Shown in pieces: positions 1 through 8,900 of a stretch of 32,000 nucleotides of DNA. The notes beneath the pieces are model-generated. The model saw nothing but the letters and a program-made list of their open reading frames with translations, did no database searches and had not been told where the DNA came from. The stretch covers positions 3,960,001 to 3,992,000 of the forward strand of contig NC_014148.1 in the NCBI RefSeq assembly GCF_000092105.1. Direction: 5' to 3'. The DNA comes from Planctopirus limnophila DSM 3776 (lineage in GTDB: Bacteria; Planctomycetota; Planctomycetia; Planctomycetales; Planctomycetaceae). How positions within the stretch are numbered: position 1 is the stretch's first letter; each line of letters begins with the position of its first letter. The position numbers and the translations under genes were made by a program.

Positions 1-1378
1 GATTTTCACCTGTTGTGTCATCGTAAACGACACATGTGGAGTTTTCTGGTGCCATGGCACGCATCCCACATTCATCACGAAGAACCAAAGTCCATTCAAG
101 AATGTGCTCCATAAATCCTCGGCTGGGATGTTTGGTATGGACATTGGTGACCAAAACTGTCCCTCCTTGAACAACCGAGTCATAAAAGAGTTCAACCAGG
201 CGTTGGCATATCGGATCACTGAGGTAATCAAACAGTCCTGCACAGTAGATTAAATCAAAGTGTTCCTTGGGGAATGGAGGCTCTTCCTCCATAGTTTCCA
301 GCAATTCGTGAATTGACCGTCTTGTGAATTTCACATCGAGGGATGACTTCGAGGAGGCCAGAATCTGCGAAATGGTCGACTTTGCGTGTTCGAGAGCCTG
401 TGCATCAAAATCAAGGAGTTCCAACTCCGTCCAATTCGCGCCTTCACCCGATTGTACGAAACGTTGAACTTCGACGGCAGGCCCGCAGCCCACATTTAAC
501 ACTCGAAAGCGACGGCCCGAGGAGGCATGCTTTTGGGAATTCTCTTTAAGTTTATTGAGTAAAATATCAATCCGATTGCGGTGGGCCTGGGCTGTCGAAA
601 TCTTGAGTGGAAACGAATTGACAATCCGCGCATAGGTGTTGGCACCTTCCCACTGATCTCTGACAATCATATTCACCATCTGATAATCACCTGCATATCC
701 CAATGGCTTTGAAAATGTGCGGTGAATATAGGGCGAGCACATGAGCAGCGGGTGGAGTTCCCGCTGGACAAACGACTTATGGGTATTCACGACCTTACGA
801 TCAACGAGTTTTGCCACATGCTCGAATTGATCGAAGAGTTCATAAAACTTAGGAAGAACCTGGCTAGCGACATCCTCAGTGAATTCTGTGACAAGATGAT
901 TGGATTGTGGAAGCTCACTCAGACCAGAAACCACCTCGCTATGCGATAGCCAGCGGCTCAGATCCCCCAGAAAATTTCGAATTGTCGTCACGAGTTGTTG
1001 GTAAGTGGGTTCAAGGCGCTCCTGAGCAGCAGACCAATCACCCAGAAAATTCTCGACCTCTTTGCGAAGTGCAGGCCCAGGGTGCAGATCGGTCAAATCG
1101 GCCCAGGGTTCCACCAATGATGCGGAGACAACCGCCAGCAGCCCTGTATTCACAAGGGTTGTTACAACAGCGCGACCCTGATAGATGGGGCGATCGCCTC
1201 GGCGAATGACAACCTGCTGCAAAACTTCACTGACCTGGACAATCGAATAAGGGTTGTAGACCTCAAACACAATCGCTGCTCGACTGAGCCGCAAAATTGT
1301 TCCGATTGCTGCCGTTCCCTGGCAGTTTTTAAAACTGACGACATTGTCGGCAGCCAGCTTTCCGATCTTCGCCATCAT
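1..1378 (-). CDS. Class I SAM-dependent methyltransferase with a ~280-aa N-terminal non-catalytic region; partial, because the 3' end and stop codon lie beyond position 1
   Basis: Hand check of the minus frame (plus-strand triplets 2-4, 5-7, ...) found no tta/cta/tca triplet from 1378 down to 2, giving 459 open codons. It starts ATGATGGCGAAG (MMAKIGKLAADNVVSF...). The C-terminal half carries Rossmann motif I 'FRVLNVGCGPAVE', post-I 'LELLDFD' and 'DLIYCAGLFDYLSD'. It is not in the supplied ORF track only because no stop lies inside the window. Confidence 0.8.
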   Translation of the reverse strand, partial: MMAKIGKLAADNVVSFKNCQGTAAIGTILRLSRAAIVFEVYNPYSIVQVSEVLQQVVIRRGDRPIYQGRAVVTTLVNTGLLAVVSASLVEPWADLTDLHPGPALRKEVENFLGDWSAAQERLEPTYQQLVTTIRNFLGDLSRWLSHSEVVSGLSELPQSNHLVTEFTEDVASQVLPKFYELFDQFEHVAKLVDRKVVNTHKSFVQRELHPLLMCSPYIHRTFSKPLGYAGDYQMVNMIVRDQWEGANTYARIVNSFPLKISTAQAHRNRIDILLNKLKENSQKHASSGRRFRVLNVGCGPAVEVQRFVQSGEGANWTELELLDFDAQALEHAKSTISQILASSKSSLDVKFTRRSIHELLETMEEEPPFPKEHFDLIYCAGLFDYLSDPICQRLVELFYDSVVQGGTVLVTNVHTKHPSRGFMEHILEWTLVLRDECGMRAMAPENSTCVVYDDTTGEN

Positions 1379-1538
1379 GATTCCTTGTTGTGGTGATTTT
1401 CGGAATGATCAAGTTGAATCAGAATCAGCAACTGTAGATTCCATCAAGGTAAAGAATCCTGATGGCGTTTTCATCGATTCTTCGCAAGAAAACATCCTCT
1501 AGTACAGCTGAGAGCATCACAGACATTCGAAAAGAACA

Positions 1539-2246
1539 TTAGTAGATGGGAATAGCTTCCTGATCACGAGGTCGCCGGATGGTCTGGGGATCGAAATCTT
1601 CGTCTAATAGTTGAACGCGTTCAAGATTCTCGATGTGAAAACCGCAAACTTTCTGATGCAAAGATGAGTGTGCGAAAACCTTCCAGTTTTGAGTACTCAG
1701 CTCAAGCCAAAGTGGTGCGGAAAGTGTTGACCAACTGCCACTCTGATTTTGTGAGCAGACCCAAAGCCGTGCTTTCTTTCGTGTTTCGATAGATTTTACC
1801 AGAGAGGCCAGACAGCCATGTATGGAAACATCTTTGGCAGGTGGTTCAAACTGAATTGCCTGCATTACACGGAGCATGAACTCCTTATGGTTCGTTGAGA
1901 GTCCTTCAAGAACTTCTGCTACAAATGCATCCGTCAGTTGTTTGACGGCTGGTAGAGATTGCAAATTTGATGACAAAACGGCCATTAACAGCATGGCGGT
2001 ATCTTCAGGCCGAATTCTTGGCAATTTGAACCGAGATTTCATCAACCAGATACCGCCATTTTCCGTTTGATGCACGATTGGCAATCCAGCATCACGGAGC
2101 AGTGCGATATCTCGAAAAATTGTCCTTCTGCTGACCTCAAGGTCTACAGAAAGATCGGCAACGCATCTTCGACGTCCCGTCTGCAACAAAACGACCAGCT
2201 TGATCAGTCTTTGAAGACGTTCTTTGGTTCCGCTGTTCTGTGTCAT
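1539..2246 (-). CDS. HTH + WYL domain transcriptional regulator (YafY-like, short form)
   Basis: 235-aa ORF. The N-terminal winged-HTH-like segment is 'RLQRLIKLVVLLQTGRRRCVADLSVDLEVSRRTIFRDIALLRDAGLPI'. The C-terminal WYL-like segment is 'ARLWVCSQNQSGSWSTLSAPLWLELSTQNWKVFAHSSLHQKVCGFHIENLERVQLL'. Confidence 0.8.
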   Translation of the reverse strand: MTQNSGTKERLQRLIKLVVLLQTGRRRCVADLSVDLEVSRRTIFRDIALLRDAGLPIVHQTENGGIWLMKSRFKLPRIRPEDTAMLLMAVLSSNLQSLPAVKQLTDAFVAEVLEGLSTNHKEFMLRVMQAIQFEPPAKDVSIHGCLASLVKSIETRKKARLWVCSQNQSGSWSTLSAPLWLELSTQNWKVFAHSSLHQKVCGFHIENLERVQLLDEDFDPQTIRRPRDQEAIPIY

Positions 2247-2303
2247 ATCAAAATTTGGCCCATCCCATCCCGAACTTTACTCGCACAACTGTAGTTTGAT
2301 CAT

Positions 2304-2355
2304 CTGGGATTCGCCATGCAGAGTCTTGGATTCTGGATACCGTGTTGGATTCTGG
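2304..2355. promoter_or_regulatory. Direct repeats in the regulator's upstream region; candidate operator
   Basis: A perfect 11-nt direct repeat TTGGATTCTGG occurs at 2326-2336 and 2345-2355, 19 nt start to start. A partial third copy, CTGGGATTC, lies at 2304-2312. The repeats sit 60-110 nt upstream of the WYL-regulator ATG (2246, minus strand). Confidence 0.3.
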
Positions 2356-2379
2356 GCCCCGTGCAAAACGGGCTTTTTT
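2356..2379 (+). terminator. Weak terminator-like hairpin plus T6 with no annotated plus-strand gene upstream
   Basis: GCCC(C)G-tgcaaaa-CGGGC (5 bp with one bulge) is followed by TTTTTT at 2374-2379. The stem is short. Confidence 0.2.
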
Positions 2380-2595
2380 GAGTTGAGAATCGCTGGAGCG
2401 ACCGGGGGCAGATGAGCTCGAAAGTGAATGCTTCCTGAAAGCCCAGGAACCCATAAGCACTCCAATTCGGGTTTCGATTCCTATTTGAGACTCAACTGGA
2501 TGCAAAGTTGCCGAACACTTCCAGACGGATGCAATCCACTGAAACTCTCGGCATGTTTCCCTTGAGATGATGTTCAGAGAATCGAATTCTGATTT

Positions 2596-3032
2596 CTAAA
2601 CCAATGGCTTGAGCCAACGGGCGACGTGGCCGGATTGATCGGTTTGATTTTGTTTCAACGAACAACGCAGAATTGTGGCTGCAATTGCATCGGGCTGAAT
2701 CACTGGAATGTTTTGCACCCTATGTGAAGGTGAGTCGCTCATGGAAATCATCTGGCCCGTTCCATGAAGACCGAGTCACCCGGGCCAATCTGATCTGCTG
2801 ACGAGTTCAGAAACACGTTCTCTCTCGATACGGATTTGAGCACCTCAATAATCCGGAGCATCGTGTGGAACTCACGCGGCCCACCAAATTGTGGCGTCGT
2901 TAACGAAATTTTTTGGTGTGTCTTCGAGGACTGACAATTCTCCGCAGATTTAACCCACTGACCGAATAGCGCAACAACCTCCGTTAGGGTGAGAGCCCTG
3001 TTTTGGAGGTGTGTCGTGCTGCATGTTGTCAC
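2596..3032 (-). pseudogene. Possible decayed prepilin-type N-terminal / DUF1559-like gene remnant (two short ORFs, large internal loss)
   Basis: The 94-aa ORF 2748..3032 contains 'RALTLTEVVALFGQWVKSAENCQSSKTHQKISLTT', which resembles the planctomycete motif 'GFTLIELLVVIAII..LLLPAVQ.AREAARR..C.NNLKQIGLA' with a deletion. An unlisted 48-aa ORF at 2596..2742 (MSDSPSHRVQNIPVIQPDAIAATILRC...) resembles the C-terminal 'H-x9-DG..FI' region. The similarity was judged by eye only. Confidence 0.2.
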
Positions 3033-4707
3033 TTGTCTGTTTAATCCTTGTCGGTATCAGCGGATCTGGAACAATTATGACCGGTTCCGTGAACAGTTGA
3101 AGGCTCCATTGACCACCGTCGAGCTCTCATTCGACGGAACGTTTCATGTGCCAGATGCCATTCAACTGCAAGGCGATCCTGCAAAGCACACGCTCTGGCA
3201 GAAAGAGCGATTGCTGAACCTGGCGATTCAGGCTGTCCCAGAATCCTTTGATGCCGTTGCCTGGATCGATGCCGACGTGCTCTTCACGGATCCTGATTGG
3301 CTGGAACAAACCGAACAAGCTCTCGAACGATTTCCGATTGTCCAGCTTTTTGACAACGTCGAGTTACTCGATGCCAGCAGGCAACTGCTTGAACGTCGCC
3401 CGGGAGTCGTGGCCAAGTATCTCGAAACGCGGAACTCCTCTGTTCAATTGGCCCACCCCGGTTTCGCCTGGGCGGCCCGAAGAAACGCGCTCACCGCTGG
3501 TCTCTTCGATCAGGATGTCGTCGGTGGAGGCGACACCACCATGCTCCATGGCTGGTTAAAAACACCTTCTCCATTCCTCGATGAATTGCGATCTGCCGGA
3601 TGGCGGAGGGCGATTTCTCATTGGGAAGACCACGCTTATCCCGCAGTCAACGGTGAATTGGGAGCTTTGTGTGGCACCATTCAACATCTGTGGCACGGTG
3701 ACCGCAAAAATCGTCATTACGTTGATCGGATGCGCTGGCTCACAGAGCACGATTACGACCCTGCGACAGACCTGAGGCTCGATGACCAGGGGTTGTGGAC
3801 CTGGAGTTCTCACAAACCCGCCATGCATTCGGCCATTCGCCGCTATTTTCAGATCCGGCAGGATGATGGCCCGGTTCCACCACACGATGCGATCAGAGTT
3901 TCAATTTCGAAAGACATCGAGAATCCCGCACACCCCCCTGTCTGCACCCCCTCAGCATCCTCAGGTGCAGTGGGCGAAGCAAAATCAAACGAGATACCAG
4001 ATCGGTGGAGTTACCGCTGGCAGCGTGAGCGGGTAAACGGCATTCGCTCACAACTTCGCGATAACAGGCTGAGTATCGATAAGTTGTTCGCCAAGAATGT
4101 GGTGGCTAATCAAGGTTACCGTGTCCCACGTTCATTAGCAGGAGATGATCTATCATTTGTCCTGAAACCCAACTCCGAAAGCTGTGCCAAAAACGTCGTG
4201 GTCGTGCAAAACGGACAAATCCGCTTTGGACAGCAGTATGGCAATGTGTTGGAAGAGCTGGTTGTCGATGAGAATGGGCAGGTACCACCTCGGGATTTCA
4301 AATGCTATTGCTTTGGGTACGAAGTCAAACTGATTCAGGTCATCAATCGCCTGACAAAAACATTCGCTTACTATGATCCACTTCATTGGGAAGCGCTCCA
4401 CGATGTCTGCGGCCGCCCCTGGGAGGATCACGCACGGCCTGAACGCTTACCCGAACTTCTGGCAATGGCCCGCCAACTTTCGAGGCTCTTTGATTTTCCT
4501 GTGCGTGTCGATGCCTACATCACTTCTGAGAGTGTGGTCTTTGGTGAATTCTGCCTCGCTTCCGGCCTAGCACAAAATCTCCAGCCAGCAGCCGACGCCC
4601 TTCTGGGACGCTGGTGGCGGGAACATTTCGACGCCCTGGGAATTGCCGACGAATTCAGCCGCGATGACTTTCCTCAAGCCTATCTCCCCCAGATCCAGGC
4701 TCACTGA
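3016..4707 (+). CDS. Fusion protein: N-terminal nucleotide-diphospho-sugar (GT-A-like) transferase domain plus C-terminal TupA-like ATP-grasp domain
   Basis: The ORF track starts at GTG 2989. I prefer the in-frame GTG at 3016, which sits 6 nt after GGAGG (3005-3009). The N-terminal domain shows 'LFNPCRYQRIWNNYDRF...WQKERLLNLAIQAVPESFDAVAWIDADVLF...IVQLFD'. The C-terminal domain shows 'FKCYCFGYEVKLIQVINRLTKTFAYYDPLHWEAL...VRVDAYITSESVVFGEFCLASG', typical of TupA-type ATP-grasp proteins. Confidence 0.75.
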   Translation: MLHVVTCLFNPCRYQRIWNNYDRFREQLKAPLTTVELSFDGTFHVPDAIQLQGDPAKHTLWQKERLLNLAIQAVPESFDAVAWIDADVLFTDPDWLEQTEQALERFPIVQLFDNVELLDASRQLLERRPGVVAKYLETRNSSVQLAHPGFAWAARRNALTAGLFDQDVVGGGDTTMLHGWLKTPSPFLDELRSAGWRRAISHWEDHAYPAVNGELGALCGTIQHLWHGDRKNRHYVDRMRWLTEHDYDPATDLRLDDQGLWTWSSHKPAMHSAIRRYFQIRQDDGPVPPHDAIRVSISKDIENPAHPPVCTPSASSGAVGEAKSNEIPDRWSYRWQRERVNGIRSQLRDNRLSIDKLFAKNVVANQGYRVPRSLAGDDLSFVLKPNSESCAKNVVVVQNGQIRFGQQYGNVLEELVVDENGQVPPRDFKCYCFGYEVKLIQVINRLTKTFAYYDPLHWEALHDVCGRPWEDHARPERLPELLAMARQLSRLFDFPVRVDAYITSESVVFGEFCLASGLAQNLQPAADALLGRWWREHFDALGIADEFSRDDFPQAYLPQIQAH

Positions 4708-4775
4708 GCCTTCTTCGCCTCCGCGAAGCCGTTATCCGCTTTTCGCTTTCCCAGCCTCTTTCTGCGAGGAAATAG

Positions 4776-5522
4776 ATGCTCTCTGCAGCTCAAGCCCATG
4801 AATCGAACGAAACATCCCACTGGGGCGTAGGGATCACCACGGCTCCACGAGAGATTCCCACATTAGATGCCACGCTGGATTCTGTATCTCGTGCCGGTTT
4901 CACAGAGGTACAACTCTTCGCAGAACCAGACACACCGCTGCTATCCCGCAAGAGTTCTCATCGACAGAACGTCACCATCTCTCAACGCGGCACCACGCTC
5001 GGAGCATTCCCCAACTGGTATGTCTCGCTTACGGAACTGGTGTTGTCGCAGCCAAGAGCGAAGGGCTATCTACTCCTGCAGGATGATGCGGAACTCGCGG
5101 CTTCTCTGGTGCCCTATCTGGAGCAGAACTTCCCCGAATGCCCATTGCCGCAGGGGATTTACTCCCTCTATTGCCCAGCTCATGAAGCCCGGCCTCAAAC
5201 TCGCGGCTTTGTCGCAATTGATCCTGGCTGGCAAGCCTGGGGAGCCCTCGCGTATCTCGTCTCACCTCTCACCGCCCGGCGTCTTCTCACCGACCGCACA
5301 ATTCTTGACCATCGACCCCATGGGGCAGCTGCCGGGCTGAAGAACATCGATTCGGTCGTGGGCTGGTGGTGTCGCCGGGCCGGTGTCCCTTACTTCGTGC
5401 ATCAGCCCAGTCTGGTGCGCCATCTGGGCGAAACCAGCACGTTGTGGCCACACGCCACCGCCACGGGACAACGCCAGGCTCGCGATGTCATCACCGATGC
5501 CAGCGCAACATTTTCGCATTAG
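4776..5522 (+). CDS. Putative GT-A fold glycosyltransferase-like protein
   Basis: 248-aa ORF starting 68 nt after the previous gene on the same strand. It has 'WGVGITTAPREIPTLDATLDSV' (Rossmann-like start) and a DxD-like 'YLLLQDDAEL'. The family assignment is tentative. Confidence 0.55.
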   Translation: MLSAAQAHESNETSHWGVGITTAPREIPTLDATLDSVSRAGFTEVQLFAEPDTPLLSRKSSHRQNVTISQRGTTLGAFPNWYVSLTELVLSQPRAKGYLLLQDDAELAASLVPYLEQNFPECPLPQGIYSLYCPAHEARPQTRGFVAIDPGWQAWGALAYLVSPLTARRLLTDRTILDHRPHGAAAGLKNIDSVVGWWCRRAGVPYFVHQPSLVRHLGETSTLWPHATATGQRQARDVITDASATFSH

Positions 5523-5596
5523 GTGAAGGCTGTGATTTTCTGCCTGTCTCGCACTTCCCGCCTTCTTCCCCTTCCCCTCGTTAGAAAGCCCATCCC

Positions 5597-5890
5597 TTGT
5601 CCACCGACACCCCACCGCTCCCGTCGTTCGTCACTCGTCTGAAGCATTTCTTTTCGGCCCTTACACAACATGCTGCCGATGGCTTCGAAAAAGTCTCGGA
5701 AGAACAACTGCAAGAGCGGCTTTCGATCTGCCAGCAATGCCCTTCGTTCACCGGAACTCATTGCCGGGAATGCGGCTGCTCGTGCTCGGGCAATAACACC
5801 TTTCTCAACAAACTCGCCTGGCGATCCGAAGCCTGCCCTCTCGCCAAATGGCCCGCCCTTACCGAAGAAACCCCGCCCGCCACCACCTGA
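5597..5890 (+). CDS. Small Cys-rich (probable zinc-binding) protein of unknown function
   Basis: 97-aa ORF with a TTG start in the track. It contains 'CQQCPSFTGTHCRECGCSCSG...EACPLAKWP' (CxxC-x7-CxxCGC...CP). The composition looks protein-like and it lies in the same-strand series between the GT genes and Rhs. Confidence 0.5.
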   Translation: MSTDTPPLPSFVTRLKHFFSALTQHAADGFEKVSEEQLQERLSICQQCPSFTGTHCRECGCSCSGNNTFLNKLAWRSEACPLAKWPALTEETPPATT

Positions 5891-5994
5891 GATTCTCCCA
5901 TCGGTTGATCGAATCTTCTGCCACTGCTCCTTCTCGCCCTTTCGCCTGTTTTCTCACCCTCCCGCACTGTGTCCTCTCCCAGAAAGACTCTTCC

Positions 5995-8900
5995 ATGTCC
6001 ACAGAACCCTTCGTCAGTGACGTTTCCATTACTACAGGCAACTCCGAGCACTGCTCCGCGCCCGATACGGCTCAAGCTCCCGGCTGTAGCTGCGAATGTC
6101 CGCCCACTTGCCCGGCGAAAACCGAGCCCAAATCCACCACCGACCAGTCCATCCGCTACTCCACGGGCGAAATCTCCTACCGCGTGAACGATCTTCCTTC
6201 GCTGACAGCCGGTGGTATTCCCTGGGGACACAGCCGCAGCTTCACGCCGCAGCTCGAATTCGATCAGAACGTTGGCCAGGGCTGGAACTGGCACGTCGCC
6301 CATGTCCCTTACCTGATTCTCCGCGACACTGAAGTCATCGTCATGGGCCGCGGCCTCGCCGAACTCTGGTTCGACCGCGATGAAAACACCTTTGCGCCTC
6401 GTTTCGGCATCAAGCAGCAACTCACCTACAACGCCACCACTCAAAACTACACGCTCCGTTCTGTCGATGGCGATCTCCAGATCTTCGACAATGAAGGTCT
6501 CTTCCTCCGCCAGGTTGATCCCGCAGGGAATCAACTCGTTGTCGAAGCTCTGCTCACAGGCACTCAACTCCCCGCCTCGATCAAACGTGTCACCGGCGAT
6601 GTCACCGAGCAATACGCCTACAGCTACACCTCGGGCGGCCCCGCAGGTTCACTTCTCACCGAAGTCGTCCTTCGCCGCAAAGTCGGTTCCGGCAGTTGGC
6701 AAAATGTCGCCTCTGCTATTTACACCTATTACGCCAGTGGCAATCCCTTTGGCGATACCGACGACCTGCAGACAGTCACCACTCGTTCCTGGCAGAACAA
6801 CGCCTGGCAAGACACCGGCACGACTCTTTATCGCTATTACCTGCCGCAAGCAGCTTCTTCGGGAAGTAGCGGTGCCATTCCCGCCCAGCGTGGCCATCTC
6901 CTCCGCTATGTCGTCAAACCTTCTTCGTTCGACCGCCTCGCTGCCGATCCCGCAGTCAGCGATCCGCTCACCGCTGCCAACAGTCTCGTCGCCCTCTATG
7001 CCGATTACTACTTCGAGTTCGATGAAGCCCGCCGCGCGACCCGTGAAGTCCGCTCCAGTGGCTCGCAGATCTTTGATTACGAATACACCACCAGCAGCTT
7101 CTCAGCCGCCCACAACCACTGGCACACGAAAACCGTCGAAACCCGGCCCGATGGCTCACGCCACGTCGTCTTCACGAATGCCGATGGTCGCGTCCTGCTG
7201 AAATCGCTCGAAACCGGTGTCAGCCCCGCCCTCGAAGAGTGGATCGATTACTATCGCTACAACTCGAATGGCTACGTCGAATTCCACGCCCATCCCGATG
7301 CCGTCATCGGCTACGACGAAGAGCTGCCTGATCTCGTCGAATACTCTCCCTCCACCAACACTGCCACCTATCTCTACAACAACACCGGCCTCATCGAACG
7401 CTACACCTACCACGCTCCCACCGCCTGGCTCACCAGCGAATCGGTGCAGGAAGGTCTCGCAGGTACGCCGCGTGTCGTTCGCGAAATGGAATACATTCCC
7501 TGCTGCCACGGCAGCACTTCCAGCAGCAGTTCCTCCGGTTCCAGCAGCAGTGGTGGAGGTAGTAGCTCAAGTAGCGAACCCTGCCGCTACTTCCTCTCCC
7601 AGGAAACTCTCTATCGCGACGAAAACGCCACCACCGCCGCCATCACCACTTACGACTACACGTTCTACGAGGGAACCTGCGCCATCCACGAACGCGTCAC
7701 CACCCTCCCGCTCGTCTCTCTCGTCGAACACGGCTCTGGCGTTAACAACACCCGCCGCGAAGTCTACGACCTCTACGGACGCCTCACCTGGAGTCGCGAC
7801 GAACGCGGCGTCATCACCCACTTCGTCTACGATGAACTCACCGGCTCCCTCATCCAGCGGATCGCCGACGCCGACACCGCGCTCCTCACCGGCGTCCCCA
7901 CAGCTCTATCGTCTCTCTGGGAAACTCTCCCGCAGTTCGGCCTCCACGCGATCACCGATTTCACGGTCGATCCCCAGGGCCGCACAATCCAATCTCTCGG
8001 CCCCGTCCACAACATCGACCTCGCCGGAACGGCAACAGCGGTCCGCACCGCCTCCTGGATGCTCTACGACGACGCCAACCACACCTCCTACAGCGCCCAG
8101 GGCTACATCAAGACCAGCGATTCCTCCGCGACACTCGTCAACCCCATCTCGATCACCATTGCCGATAGTGCCGGAAAGACTCTCGTCTCGGCTCACGCCA
8201 CCCTCTCCAGCACTGCAGGCGATCTCGCCACCTGCCTGAGCACCCACGGTGCCGTGACCCAGGCCGATTACACCCGCCTCAGCACCTTCCAGTACACCGA
8301 GTGCTGCCTCGCTGCCTCTCAGCGGGCCTATCACACCATCCCCACCACCGGCGAAGGCAGCCCCGGCACCCACTACGACCAGACCTCCTTCGGCTACGAC
8401 GCCCTCAAACGCCGTGTCCGCACGGTCTCTCCCGGCGGCACCATCTCCGCAGTCGTTCTCGATCCCCGCGGTCTCACCTTATCAACCTACATCGGCACCA
8501 ACGATACCGGCGCCACCGAACAGGATCCCACCGGCGCCACGGCTCCCGGCGGCAGCCATCCCTCGAACAACATGGTTCTCGTCTCCGCAGCCGAGTACGA
8601 CATCGCGGGCCGCCCGATTCTCTCGACACAACACGTCGATAGCAGCACCACACGGGAAACCAGCTATAGCTACGATTACCGTGGCCGCCGCCTCGTCACC
8701 CACGGCGAAGAAAACTTCTGCCAGAAAGAAACCTACGACTTCCGCGGCCAGCTCATCCGCAGCGAACGCTACGACGGCTCTCCCACCGGCACACTCTTAA
8801 GCCGCAGCGAGACCGATTACGACGCCCTCGGCCGCCCCTACCAATCCCGCCGCTACGCCGTCAACCCCTCCACTGGTAGCGTGGGGAACGCCCTCATCGA

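Noticed and set aside
343-1344. The short ORFs listed in the track at 343..549, 722..949, 907..1209 (+) and 1162..1344 (-).
   Set aside because: All overlap the continuous 459-codon minus-strand methyltransferase frame, in antisense or in another frame.
1539-2246. Interpreting the WYL regulator as BrxR, the BREX regulator.
   Set aside because: It lies ~17 kb from the 3' end of the BREX operon. It is separated from it by the Rhs locus, two IS remnants and the GYF_2 block, and it is on the wrong side, since BrxR normally sits at the 5' end. A true BrxR, if any, would be beyond 32000.
5848-5994. The upstream ATG at 5848 as the Rhs start.
   Set aside because: It would overlap the 5597..5890 gene by 43 nt and adds a basic, non-protein-like 49-aa extension. 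The ATG at 5995 follows a pyrimidine leader like the other genes here. It is not excluded, only less likely.
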